Shown here piece by piece: positions 17,613 through 26,729 of a DNA stretch of 50,240 nt; the first letter of the stretch is position 1; each line of letters opens with the position of its first letter. The notes under the pieces are model-generated. The model searched no databases, was not told the origin of the DNA, and worked only from the letters and a program-made list of their open reading frames with translations. Both the position numbers and the translations under genes were made by a program. Source of the DNA: Candidatus Nomurabacteria bacterium. GTDB lineage: Bacteria; Patescibacteriota; Minisyncoccia; Phycocordibacterales; UBA918. The stretch lies in the NCBI GenBank assembly GCA_020632135.1, contig JACKGC010000001.1, positions 1 through 50,240 on the forward strand. Direction: 5' to 3'.

Positions 17613-20078
17613 CTACACAAACACCACGCTTGCAATACTATCTCCAGCGCGCATCTTCATAACTCGCACCCCTTGAGTATCACGACCGAGGGTTGGTACG
17701 TCTTTAAGCGGCAGCTTGATCACCTGTCCCTTCTTGCTCATGATCACCAGTTCGCCCTCAGTTCGTTCTTCACCCGTCAGCACCAGACCGCGTACCACCA
17801 CACCTGTCTTAGCTGTCACTTTTACAGTCTTGATACCTGAGCCACCGCGGTTTTGCACTTTATATTCCTTTGCCGGTGTGGTCTTGCCATAGCCATGTTC
17901 GGTCACCACGAGCACTTCACGGTCTTTTTCATCACCGGTTAGCACGTCGGCTGAGACGATCCGGTCACCCTTGCCAAGCTTCATAGCAGTAACGCCAGCC
18001 GCCGTGCGGCCCATCTGACGCACATCATTTTCCTTAAAGCGGATCGATTGTCCCTTCTCGGTAATAAGCGACACTTCATCCTTTGCCCCCACAAACATTG
18101 CCTCGATCAACGAGTCATCGTCTCTCAACGTAATCGCAATGAGACCACTACGGCGCACGTCTTTAAAGGCCGCTGCGTCGCTCTTCTTAGCCACACCATT
18201 CTTGGTGACCATCATCAGTGACCAGTCACCTTCCCAGTCTTCCTTCCGTACTGCGAGCACAGACGTGATCCGTTCATCAGCCGCCAGCGAGAGGAAATTC
18301 ATGATCGACTTACCCTTAGTGGCCCGTCGCCCTTCAGGAATTTCAAACATCTTACACTGATACACCTTACCAAAGTCAGTGAAGAACAGCAGATCGCTGT
18401 GCGCTGAAGTGGTGAGGAGTGTAGTGACCACATCCTCCTCCTTGGTGTTCAGATCTACCACACCAATGCCGCCACGCTTTTGCGTGCGATATTCAGATGG
18501 ATTGGTACGCTTCACGTACCCACCCTTCGTCAGCACCAAGACCGACTCCTCGTCAGGGACAAGGTCCTCTTGCGAAAGCTGCTTCACGCCACCTTTTACG
18601 ATCTTGGTGCGACGATCATCGCCATACTTCTCCGCAACTTCGAGAAGATCGGTCTTTACAATATTCATCATCTTGACCTTGCTCTTAAGGATAGCCTCAA
18701 GCTCCTTAATGAGCTTCTGGATCGCCTTGAGTTCATCCTCGATCTTCTTGCGCTCAAGACCAGCCAATTTCTGCAAGCGCATATCGAGAATAGCCTGCGC
18801 TTGAATGGCCGAGAATTTAAACTTCTTCATCAAGGCAGCGTGCGCGGTTGGTACGTCGGCGGAAGCACGGATCAGTTTGATGATCGCATCGATGTGATCA
18901 AGTGCCTTTTTGAGACCAAGCAAAATATGCTCGCGGTCCTTTGCTTTATTTAAATCATACTGTGTACGACGGCGGATCACCTCAGCGCGGTGCTTCACGT
19001 ACTCTTCAAGAATGACCTTGAGTGAGAGTGTCTGCGGCACACCATCAACGAGCGCCACCATATTGTAATGGAAGGTATCCTCCAATTGCGTGTGTTTGTA
19101 GAGTTTGTTGAGGACCGTCTGTGGCTGCGCACCGGTCTTCAGGTCTATCACCACACGGATATCATTGGTGGATTCGTCGCGCATTTCCTTAATACCCTCG
19201 ATCTTCTTTTCACGCACCAAGGTGGCGATCTTTTCCTGCATATCAGCCTTGTTGACCCGGAACGGAATGGAGGTGATGACGATTGAGAAGGCACCGCGCT
19301 TATCTTCAACGATCTCTGCCTCACCACGCACCACGACACCACCACGACCGTTGGCATAGGCCTGGGTAATGGCTTTTTTATCAAAGGCGATTGCACCGGT
19401 CGGGAAGTCAGGACCTTGAATAAACTTCAGAAGGTCTTCAGTGGAAGCTTTTGGATTATCGATCAGGTGCGCGGTGGCATCGGCTACTTCACGGAGGTTG
19501 TGGGGCGGAATGTTTGTCGCCATACCAACGGCAATGCCGAGCGAACCTAGCAGGAGGAGGTTTGGCGCCGCGGCCGGCAAAACGATCGGCTCTTTCTTAG
19601 TACCATCAAAGTTTGGTCGCCAATCGACCGTGTCTTTCTCCAGGTCACGAAGCATTTCTTCTGCTATTTTCGACATTTTCGCCTCGGTGTAACGATACGC
19701 CGCAGCTGAATCGCCATCAATCGAACCGAAGTTTCCCTGACCGATCACAAGCGGGTAACGCGTTGAGAATGGTTGCGCCAGCTTCACCATCGCCTCGTAC
19801 ACCGCAGCGTCACCATGCGGGTGAAAACTACCGAGCACATCTCCCACCACCGTCGCTGACTTGCGGAATTTTGCTGTGGAGGTAAGACCATTGAGTCGCA
19901 TGGAGTAGAGGATGCGGCGGTGCACCGGCTTGAGGCCATCACGTACATCTGGCAGCGCTCGAGAAGTAATTACCGACATCGCGTAGTCGAGATACGCCGT
20001 TTCCATCTCACTCGTGATACTTTGAGTGATGATACCTTTTTGCGCTTCTGGCTCTGTGGCTTCGGTCTTTTTCGGCAT
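17613..20078 (-). CDS. gyrA: DNA gyrase subunit A
   Basis: [30 protein letters not shown], catalytic [11 protein letters not shown], GyrA box QKRGGIG and C-terminal beta-pinwheel repeats. Confidence 0.98.
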   Translation of the reverse strand: MPKKTEATEPEAQKGIITQSITSEMETAYLDYAMSVITSRALPDVRDGLKPVHRRILYSMRLNGLTSTAKFRKSATVVGDVLGSFHPHGDAAVYEAMVKLAQPFSTRYPLVIGQGNFGSIDGDSAAAYRYTEAKMSKIAEEMLRDLEKDTVDWRPNFDGTKKEPIVLPAAAPNLLLLGSLGIAVGMATNIPPHNLREVADATAHLIDNPKASTEDLLKFIQGPDFPTGAIAFDKKAITQAYANGRGGVVVRGEAEIVEDKRGAFSIVITSIPFRVNKADMQEKIATLVREKKIEGIKEMRDESTNDIRVVIDLKTGAQPQTVLNKLYKHTQLEDTFHYNMVALVDGVPQTLSLKVILEEYVKHRAEVIRRRTQYDLNKAKDREHILLGLKKALDHIDAIIKLIRASADVPTAHAALMKKFKFSAIQAQAILDMRLQKLAGLERKKIEDELKAIQKLIKELEAILKSKVKMMNIVKTDLLEVAEKYGDDRRTKIVKGGVKQLSQEDLVPDEESVLVLTKGGYVKRTNPSEYRTQKRGGIGVVDLNTKEEDVVTTLLTTSAHSDLLFFTDFGKVYQCKMFEIPEGRRATKGKSIMNFLSLAADERITSVLAVRKEDWEGDWSLMMVTKNGVAKKSDAAAFKDVRRSGLIAITLRDDDSLIEAMFVGAKDEVSLITEKGQSIRFKENDVRQMGRTAAGVTAMKLGKGDRIVSADVLTGDEKDREVLVVTEHGYGKTTPAKEYKVQNRGGSGIKTVKVTAKTGVVVRGLVLTGEERTEGELVIMSKKGQVIKLPLKDVPTLGRDTQGVRVMKMRAGDSIASVVFV

Positions 20079-20127
20079 ACGTAGTTAGTTCGGAAAACGA
20101 ATAATTGGGGCCTAGTATAGCATAGTT

Positions 20128-20646
20128 TTACGGGTTTTCTGAGGATTCTGTGGGCTCACTTGAACTACTTGTGGTGACAATACGCACGGTTCTCGGTGCG
20201 CCACTCGCCGCTTCCACCGCCTTTGTGTCGATGGTGGCAGAAGCTGATTCTTCGGCAGTTTCTGGAGCTGGTTCAAGCTCGTTAGCTGATCTGATTTGTG
20301 CTGTGCTACTACCTGACATTGACTGAGCATTATGCTCTGTGAGTGCTCGATCGATCTGCGCTTGAAGTGGGTTACTCGGAATTGGTTCTTCCGGCGACGC
20401 TTCGGTAGCAGCTGAGACACTTTCTTTTACATTAGCTACCTGCTCCTGAAGAGTATCAAATATTTGCGTAAATCCAGCAGTACCATCATCACGCGACAGT
20501 GATGCTTCTGAGGTGAAACGTGATGGCGCATGATAGAGCCACACGGTAAAAACAAGAAACGTGAATACCCCCGCCGTTCCAAGTGCTATGTTGTCACGAA
20601 CACCCTTTGGTTTCTGGCGAATTTGCCTAATCAGTCGCTTAAGCAT
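20128..20646 (-). CDS. Hypothetical single-TM protein with a low-complexity tail, 172 aa
   Basis: KPKGVRDNIAL followed by a TM helix, tightly packed between the MBL gene and gyrA. Confidence 0.7.
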   Translation of the reverse strand: MLKRLIRQIRQKPKGVRDNIALGTAGVFTFLVFTVWLYHAPSRFTSEASLSRDDGTAGFTQIFDTLQEQVANVKESVSAATEASPEEPIPSNPLQAQIDRALTEHNAQSMSGSSTAQIRSANELEPAPETAEESASATIDTKAVEAASGAPRTVRIVTTSSSSEPTESSENP

Positions 20647-20652
20647 GTATTT

Positions 20653-21273
20653 CTAGGCTTTTAGGACCGCCACCTCACCCGACATAGCATGTACATCTTT
20701 CCGCTTCAGCGTGAGTTTGTCGACTGGTTTAAGTGCATCTTTTCCTTCTTCCTTCAGGAACGCTTTGAGGGCGACGGCGTCGTAGGACATTGGAATAATG
20801 AGCCTTGCCTCGAGCTTGACGGCCAACTTTGACGCCTGTGGCACTTCAAGCACATCGCCGCCACCGATCGGTACAAAAAGGATATCGATATCGCCTAGCT
20901 CACTGAGAATTTTCGGGTCAATCTCTGGGTTGCTGAGCGCACCCAAGAAGACCATATTCATCTCCTCAAGCTTCACCTGATAGAGTGTGTTATACGTTTC
21001 TTCTTTGTCGTAGGTAGTCTTGATGCCAAAACCATGCGCCACTACCTGACCGATCTCGTATTCACCCGGCCCGTCGACCACAAAAGGTTGTTTAGAGCCA
21101 TGAGCTACTTGGTCGACACCATTGAAATCTGGGTGCCAAAGCGTAACGAACGCTGCGTCGGAGCCGAATTTGACTGCATCGAGCTTCGATTTTTTAGAGA
21201 TTGGATTGAAAGCAATGGTCGTGTCGCCAAAGGAAACCTTAAAGCACTGACCGCCGTGATACGTGATTACCAT
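20653..21273 (-). CDS. Metallo-beta-lactamase-fold protein (CPR type, Zn motif degenerate)
   Basis: MVITYHGGQCFK, GPGEYEIG, DIDILFVPIGG and IIPMSY. Confidence 0.8.
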   Translation of the reverse strand: MVITYHGGQCFKVSFGDTTIAFNPISKKSKLDAVKFGSDAAFVTLWHPDFNGVDQVAHGSKQPFVVDGPGEYEIGQVVAHGFGIKTTYDKEETYNTLYQVKLEEMNMVFLGALSNPEIDPKILSELGDIDILFVPIGGGDVLEVPQASKLAVKLEARLIIPMSYDAVALKAFLKEEGKDALKPVDKLTLKRKDVHAMSGEVAVLKA

Positions 21274-21290
21274 AGTGCGGTAAGTATACG

Positions 21291-21331
21291 GTATCAGGGC
21301 GCGGATGCCAAAGGCATCCGCGCCCTGATAC
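21291..21331. repeat. Perfect 19-bp inverted repeat between divergent promoters
   Basis: GTATCAGGGCGCGGATGCC-AAA-GGCATCCGCGCCCTGATAC. Confidence 0.9.
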
Positions 21332-21336
21332 TAAAC

Positions 21337-21364
21337 TTGACAAAATAACTATGTGTGCTAATAT
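21337..21364 (+). promoter_or_regulatory. Sigma70-type promoter
   Basis: TTGACA-16 bp-TAATAT. Confidence 0.6.
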
Positions 21365-21370
21365 ATTCAT

Positions 21371-21608
21371 GTTCGCATATCGTTAGCGTCCGTTGGCGCA
21401 TACGGCGAACACTGCCGCGGGCGCGTCCGCCCCTCCCCAAGAAGCCTTATCCACTACTAAGTGCGTGAAAGGTTAGGACGCGCCCAGCGGCACCTTCGAC
21501 CCCTGTTCATAACAAGATCACCGGAGGCTCTGCCATGTGCTGGCCGTAGGTACGATATTTCATCCCCTAGTAACCGGTAAGCCCCTTACACTTCTGTAAG
21601 GGGCTTTT
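21371..21608 (+). ncRNA. Candidate structured non-coding RNA of unknown class
   Basis: Starts just after the promoter, contains a long GC stem (21413-21428 with 21477-21493) and ends in the terminator AAGCCCCTTACA-CTTC-TGTAAGGGGCTTTT (21579-21608). No ORF of 60 aa or more. Confidence 0.4.
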
Positions 21609-21857
21609 ACATACCACCTTCTTTTAATCTGATAACGGCCGTCGATCACAACTGAAAACCTCGACAATTTCCCTTTTCTATATTATATTGCTCCGACCGT
21701 AAGGTAATTAATAGCTTCTAGCGGCACACGTTTAACCCTCTGCATATGGGTATGGCCGGTGTAGAAGGGGCACGAAAATCTTCGATTTTTGTGCCACCTC
21801 CCCACCTCGAGCAATGGTTGCAGAGACGCGTGTCGTCGGAATAATAAAAGAATAAAA

Positions 21858-22967
21858 ATGTTTGGATTTGGAAAATCCAGCGACAGCGAAACTGCTGTTG
21901 CTACCGGTGTCATGGACAAGTACTTGGCCGAAACACCAGTTGCTCCTCAAGATGGAGAGATCGTATCAGGTGTCGTATCAGCTATCGGACGCGCTCGCGT
22001 GTATATCGATATCGCACCTTTTGGTACTGGCCTTATCTATGGTCGTGAGTACATGAACGCGCGCGATATCCTGCGTAAGGTCAACATCGGTGACAACATC
22101 GACGCCAAGGTGGTAACCACCGATAATGAAGATGGTTACATCGAACTATCACTTAAGGAAGCTCGCCAAGCGCTTATTTGGGCTGATGCAGAAGCAACAG
22201 TTAAGAACGGCACCATCCTCAGTCTCGAAGTGAAGGAGGCAAACAAAGGCGGTCTTATACTCGACTGGCAAGGTATCCAAGGCTTCTTACCTGCCTCCCA
22301 GCTGTCAGCTGAGAATTATCCTCGTGTCTCAGACGGCGACAAGGAGAAGATCCTCTCGGCGCTCAACGAACTCGTTGGAAAGCACCTCTCCGTGGTAATG
22401 ATCACTGCTGATCCTAAGGAGCACAAGCTCATCTTCTCTGAGAAGGGTCTGCAAGACAAGGAAGAGAAAGAAGAAAAAGTAAATAAGTACGAAGTTGGTA
22501 ACGTCATCGAAGGTGAAGTGACCGGCGCTGTAGATTTCGGTGTATTCGTAAAGCTTGAACCAGGTCTTGAAGGTCTTGTACATATCTCTGAGCTTGACTG
22601 GGGGCTGGTTGAAGATACTAAGGCGCTCTACAAAGTCGGCGATAAGGTGAACGTAAAGGTGATAGAGGTCAAGGACGACAAGATCTCACTCTCAATCAAG
22701 CAACTCAAAGAAAACCCATGGGTTGAAGCTGGTAAGAAATACAAAAAAGATCAAGTGGTTGACGGCGTGGTCATCAAGTACAACAAACACGGTGCGCTTG
22801 CCTCGATCGAGGAAGGTGTTGCTGGTTTGGTACACGTGTCAGAATTTGAGACCGAAGAGAAGCTCAAGGCAGCTCTCTCGCTCGGTAATGTCTACAAGTT
22901 CAAGATCACTCTCTTTGAACCGACCGAGCAGAAGATGACGCTTTCATTTAAGGATGCAAACAGCTAG
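21858..22967 (+). CDS. rpsA: 30S ribosomal protein S1 (four S1 domains)
   Basis: Repeated S1 motifs (QGFLPASQL, EGLVHISEL, AGLVHVSEF). Start MFGFG chosen. Confidence 0.9.
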   Translation: MFGFGKSSDSETAVATGVMDKYLAETPVAPQDGEIVSGVVSAIGRARVYIDIAPFGTGLIYGREYMNARDILRKVNIGDNIDAKVVTTDNEDGYIELSLKEARQALIWADAEATVKNGTILSLEVKEANKGGLILDWQGIQGFLPASQLSAENYPRVSDGDKEKILSALNELVGKHLSVVMITADPKEHKLIFSEKGLQDKEEKEEKVNKYEVGNVIEGEVTGAVDFGVFVKLEPGLEGLVHISELDWGLVEDTKALYKVGDKVNVKVIEVKDDKISLSIKQLKENPWVEAGKKYKKDQVVDGVVIKYNKHGALASIEEGVAGLVHVSEFETEEKLKAALSLGNVYKFKITLFEPTEQKMTLSFKDANS

Positions 22968-22985
22968 TCATTAGTGCGAATAAAT

Positions 22986-23025
22986 GGCGCGAAAAAGCCG
23001 GGCAGATGCCCGGCTTTTTCGCGCC
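22986..23025. terminator. Long perfect hairpin after rpsA
   Basis: GGCGCGAAAAAGCCGGGCA-GA-TGCCCGGCTTTTTCGCGCC. Confidence 0.75.
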
Positions 23026-23041
23026 CACAACCCCATCCACA

Positions 23042-23070
23042 TTGACAAATCACTAAAAATGGTATATGAT
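23042..23070 (+). promoter_or_regulatory. Sigma70-type promoter
   Basis: TTGACA-17 bp-TATGAT. Confidence 0.7.
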
Positions 23071-23103
23071 TTTAATAGTTTTAAAAACCTATGGAGAACC
23101 GCC

Positions 23104-23316
23104 ATGAGACAGGTGGCACGAGATGAGAGAGGCAGCTTCAGCCTGCCGATGTCGCTGGTATGGGTGCTTGGCATCGCCACACCAATCTTCATTTACTTGT
23201 CAATATTCACTGACAAGAATTTGTGGCTCTGGGCACTTGCGGCATCTATCGGCATGATTCTGATGTTCGGGTTCGAGGTCTTTCGCCAGAAACGGCCGGA
23301 GGGACCGCAGCAATAG
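23104..23316 (+). CDS. Small two-TM membrane protein, 70 aa
   Basis: It has its own promoter, a GGAG SD, two hydrophobic helices and a terminator hairpin ACCCCACGATC..GATCGTGGGGT after the stop. Confidence 0.65.
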   Translation: MRQVARDERGSFSLPMSLVWVLGIATPIFIYLSIFTDKNLWLWALAASIGMILMFGFEVFRQKRPEGPQQ

Positions 23317-23443
23317 GTCAACCACCCCACGATCGACAGATCGTGGGGTTTTATTTATAACTCATAATTTTATTGCCCAATCAGACCGAACTATCGGAGG
23401 GCCAGTGACTCGAATCCCAGCGCGCGAAGTGCGCGGGGACTCT

Positions 23444-24031
23444 TTAGTTATACTGATTCATGGCAACAGCAACGCCGTCAGAGATCACTGTCTCGATCGC
23501 GTGTTGCACCTGCTGAAAGACTTCGGGCAGCTGTTTCACTTCGCTCTTCGTGAAAGGTTTGAGTACGAAGCGCTCGAGCGGCCCGCCTCCGGCGGGCCGC
23601 TTCGTCTTCCCTGTCCAAAAACTCTTCGGTGCAATTCCCACTCGCACCCGCACAAACTCCTTTGAACCCAGCTTTTGGATGATTGACGCGACACCATTAT
23701 TACCGCCAGCCCCCTTCCCTTGCCCGATCTTTATTTCCCCAAACGGAAGGTCGATGTCATCATGTACCACAATGAGTTGCTCGGTTTCTTCTTTTGGCAC
23801 CAACTTCACCACCGCGCTACCGGAATTATTCATAAACGTAGTCGGATAGAGCACTGTCACCTCACTCCCCACCACCATTCCTTCGGTCAACCTACCTGAG
23901 AGGCCACCAGACTCGACCAAGCCTGGCAACTGCCATGCAGTAAGACAATGATCAATCGCAAGCCAACCTACGTTATGGCGAGTATCTTGGTATTTTTCAC
24001 CTGGGTTACCGAGAGCGACGATGTAAAACAT
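23444..24031 (-). CDS. pth: Peptidyl-tRNA hydrolase
   Basis: ALGNPGEKYQDTRHNVG, PTTFMNNSG, VVHDDIDL, GGNNG and RVRVGI. Confidence 0.95.
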   Translation of the reverse strand: MFYIVALGNPGEKYQDTRHNVGWLAIDHCLTAWQLPGLVESGGLSGRLTEGMVVGSEVTVLYPTTFMNNSGSAVVKLVPKEETEQLIVVHDDIDLPFGEIKIGQGKGAGGNNGVASIIQKLGSKEFVRVRVGIAPKSFWTGKTKRPAGGGPLERFVLKPFTKSEVKQLPEVFQQVQHAIETVISDGVAVAMNQYN

Positions 24032-24144
24032 GCACACCATTGTACACGAAATGCACCGGTTGACCGAAGGTCAACCGGTGCATTTTTGAAAAGTTTGTGT
24101 GCCCCACTTTTTTTTCGTATACTAGTGTCTAACGTAGTAACTTT

Positions 24145-24789
24145 ATGTCAGCTTTCTCACACCAAGAACCTTCTTCTCTCTCTACTCACGATGAGAATAC
24201 GCTTGACACACCAAAAGAACACCCGCTCACTGAGATCGTCCGCTTCTCCATCATTGCGATCCTGATCGTTATCCCGATCCGCATGTTCATCGCTCAGCCG
24301 TTTATTGTCTCGGGCGCGTCAATGGAAAACACCTTCCACAACGGTCAGTATCTCATCGTCGATCAAGTGAGCTATTACTTCAATTCGCCCGACCGTGGTG
24401 ATGTTGTCATCTTCCGCTACCCGAAAGACCCTTCCAAGTTCTTCATTAAGCGCGTTATTGGTGTACCTGGCGACACTGTAACCATTGAAAATAGTATTGT
24501 CACCGTCACTAATGCTGAGCATCCTGATGGTTTTGTGCTCGACGAGCCTTACATCAGGTCCATGGCACCTGAACCCAAACTGACTGAGACTCTCGGCGAG
24601 CGAGAGTACTTCGTGATGGGCGATAATCGAGACCAAAGCTCCGACTCCCGAAGCTGGGGTGTCTTACAAGAAGAACGGATCGTCGGACGCGCTCTGATCA
24701 GGCTCTTTCCGCCTGGTGAACTCGATTATCTACCTGGCGCCGTCACGATCACCGAGGAGCTACTTACACCCAAGACCTACTTACAATAA
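24145..24789 (+). CDS. lepB: Signal peptidase I
   Basis: Catalytic Ser in VSGASM, catalytic Lys in FIKRVIG, and GDNRDQSSDSRSWG. Confidence 0.95.
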   Translation: MSAFSHQEPSSLSTHDENTLDTPKEHPLTEIVRFSIIAILIVIPIRMFIAQPFIVSGASMENTFHNGQYLIVDQVSYYFNSPDRGDVVIFRYPKDPSKFFIKRVIGVPGDTVTIENSIVTVTNAEHPDGFVLDEPYIRSMAPEPKLTETLGEREYFVMGDNRDQSSDSRSWGVLQEERIVGRALIRLFPPGELDYLPGAVTITEELLTPKTYLQ

Positions 24790-24802
24790 GTCACTACAAC
24801 GT

Positions 24803-25972
24803 ATGCCACCTACACCAACAGAATTTCTCAAAGTCGCAAATCACACAGCTGAACATTTCGGCTTTCAGACACTCGACCAGCTGCGCAAGGCTCCTGAGTG
24901 CAAACACTGTGACAAGGTGATGCCACACACAGTCACCGCGAGTAACAAGCGCGTTGACGCCCACCAAGGTCTCTTAAGTTCTGCCATCGCCACATACTGC
25001 GATGAAAAGCTCCATGCACTTGAGCGCCCAGTCCTCCTCTACTCCTTTGAGCAAGTACCGCGCACTGGTGAGACTGCAGTCACCTTTCATATATTCAATG
25101 TCGAACGTAGTATCGCAGAGGCAATTTTGATCCACGCTACGCGCGCACTTGTGAGCGATCTGGGCTTCACCGATCATACCGTCCGCATTAACTCCCTCGG
25201 CGACACCGACTCGCTCACTCGCTACAGTCGTGAACTAGCCAATTTCCTCAAAAAACGTCTCGATACGATGCCACCAGCCGCGCGTGAACTGATGAAGGAT
25301 CATCCACTCTCAGCCCTGACCAACTTGGTTGAACAAAACCACGAACTCGCCTACCGCAGTCCGAACCCACTCGAATACCTCAGCGACCCGAGCCGCAAGC
25401 ACTTCCGTGAGATCATCGAATACCTCGACATGAGTGAAACACCCTATGAGATCGACCCGAAGATGCTCGGTCACCACGAGTGCTACTCCGATGCCATCTT
25501 CTCACTCGACATCCAAACTGAAGACCCAACACTGCACGCACCCATTACTGCGCGCGGTGGACGTTTCGATGAGTTTGTCTACCGCACCACCCGTACTCGC
25601 ACACCAGCTGTGGGTGCAGTAGTCATACTCAAAGACAGCAAAGCCCCTGCTCGCGCACCACGTCCCAAGCTCCAACACCCTTCAGTTTATGTAGTGCAGC
25701 TGGGCTTTGGCCCCAAGATCAAGAGCCTACTCCTGATCGACTCTCTGCGCCGCGCAGGTATCCCCGTATTTCATAATCTCGCGAGCGACTCACTCTCGAC
25801 ACAACTTCGCGAAGCTGAGTCGCGCGGCGTTAAGTACACACTTATCATTGGCCAAAAGGAATTCGTTGAGAATACCGTCATCTTCCGCGACATGAGCCTT
25901 CGCAACCAGGAGTATATCGACCAAGACACACTCATTCGCCGACTCAAGCGTGTAGCCGCAGTGGCCAGCTAA
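24803..25972 (+). CDS. Degenerate HisRS-like paralogue with an anticodon-binding domain
   Basis: Retains VRINSLGD, GGRFD and the class IIa C-terminal domain (KYTLIIGQKE) but lacks a recognisable motif 2. Confidence 0.7.
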   Translation: MPPTPTEFLKVANHTAEHFGFQTLDQLRKAPECKHCDKVMPHTVTASNKRVDAHQGLLSSAIATYCDEKLHALERPVLLYSFEQVPRTGETAVTFHIFNVERSIAEAILIHATRALVSDLGFTDHTVRINSLGDTDSLTRYSRELANFLKKRLDTMPPAARELMKDHPLSALTNLVEQNHELAYRSPNPLEYLSDPSRKHFREIIEYLDMSETPYEIDPKMLGHHECYSDAIFSLDIQTEDPTLHAPITARGGRFDEFVYRTTRTRTPAVGAVVILKDSKAPARAPRPKLQHPSVYVVQLGFGPKIKSLLLIDSLRRAGIPVFHNLASDSLSTQLREAESRGVKYTLIIGQKEFVENTVIFRDMSLRNQEYIDQDTLIRRLKRVAAVAS

Positions 25973-26016
25973 AACGCTTGCACGCGGTGCAGGAAGGTGG
26001 TATGCTCATGGCCACT

Positions 26017-26262
26017 ATGGCAACCAACGTTGAAGTAGAAAAGAACAATAACGAAAGTAGTGCAAACGTGATTCGCCGTTTCACCAAGCGTGTACAAGGC
26101 GCCGGCATCGTACCAAAGGTACGTGGTGGTCGCTATTTTACTCGCACCAAGAGTCGTAACGTGCAGCGCACCGCTAAGCTGAAGAAGCTTCTCAAGCGCG
26201 AAAATTACGAAAAGCTCGTGAAGCTCGGTAAGGTTCAGGAGTTCCGCGGCCGTCGTCGCTAA
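26017..26262 (+). CDS. rpsU: 30S ribosomal protein S21 (CPR type)
   Basis: Small basic protein with VEVEKNNNESSANVIRRFTKRVQ. Confidence 0.8.
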   Translation: MATNVEVEKNNNESSANVIRRFTKRVQGAGIVPKVRGGRYFTRTKSRNVQRTAKLKKLLKRENYEKLVKLGKVQEFRGRRR

Positions 26263-26343
26263 GTGCTACACATCGAAAAAAACAGTCGGTACACAATACC
26301 CGGCTGTTTTTCGTTCTTAAGCATGTATAATGGCAATTACCAA

Positions 26344-26727
26344 ATGGATACATTTACCATCAACAGCACCGTGCAGAAGTACTCCTCCCAACCCTCATAT
26401 CGGGTAATAAAAGAGCGTATCTTGTATGCCCAACACACCCTTTCACGCATGTTCAACGGTACAACACCCGCCCCGAAGCTAGGCCAAGCATACCGGAATA
26501 ATTCATACACCCCGGACATCCTCTCCTTTCTCCTTGAGGAACACACTGGTGAAGTGTTCACGTACCCGGAAGTGGCTAAGAAAGAAGTTATAAAATTCGA
26601 TCTCTCAGAGACCGGCCACAGCGCCTTTCCTTTTATCCACGGGTGCCTCCATTTGAAAGGGCCTGGTCATGGCGATACAATGGATAGATTGGAGCGCAAG
26701 TACCTTAAGGCGTTTAAGATTACGTAG
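26344..26727 (+). CDS. ybeY: rRNA maturation endoribonuclease YbeY, apparently degenerate
   Basis: HGCLHLKGPGH keeps H-x3-H-x5-H, but TPDILSFL and GEVFTY deviate from the family DVLSFP and GDI motifs. Confidence 0.75.
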   Translation: MDTFTINSTVQKYSSQPSYRVIKERILYAQHTLSRMFNGTTPAPKLGQAYRNNSYTPDILSFLLEEHTGEVFTYPEVAKKEVIKFDLSETGHSAFPFIHGCLHLKGPGHGDTMDRLERKYLKAFKIT

Positions 26728-26729
26728 TC

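Noticed and set aside
24803-25972. Functional histidyl-tRNA synthetase (hisS)
   Set aside because: Motif 2 is not recognisable, so no gene symbol was assigned.
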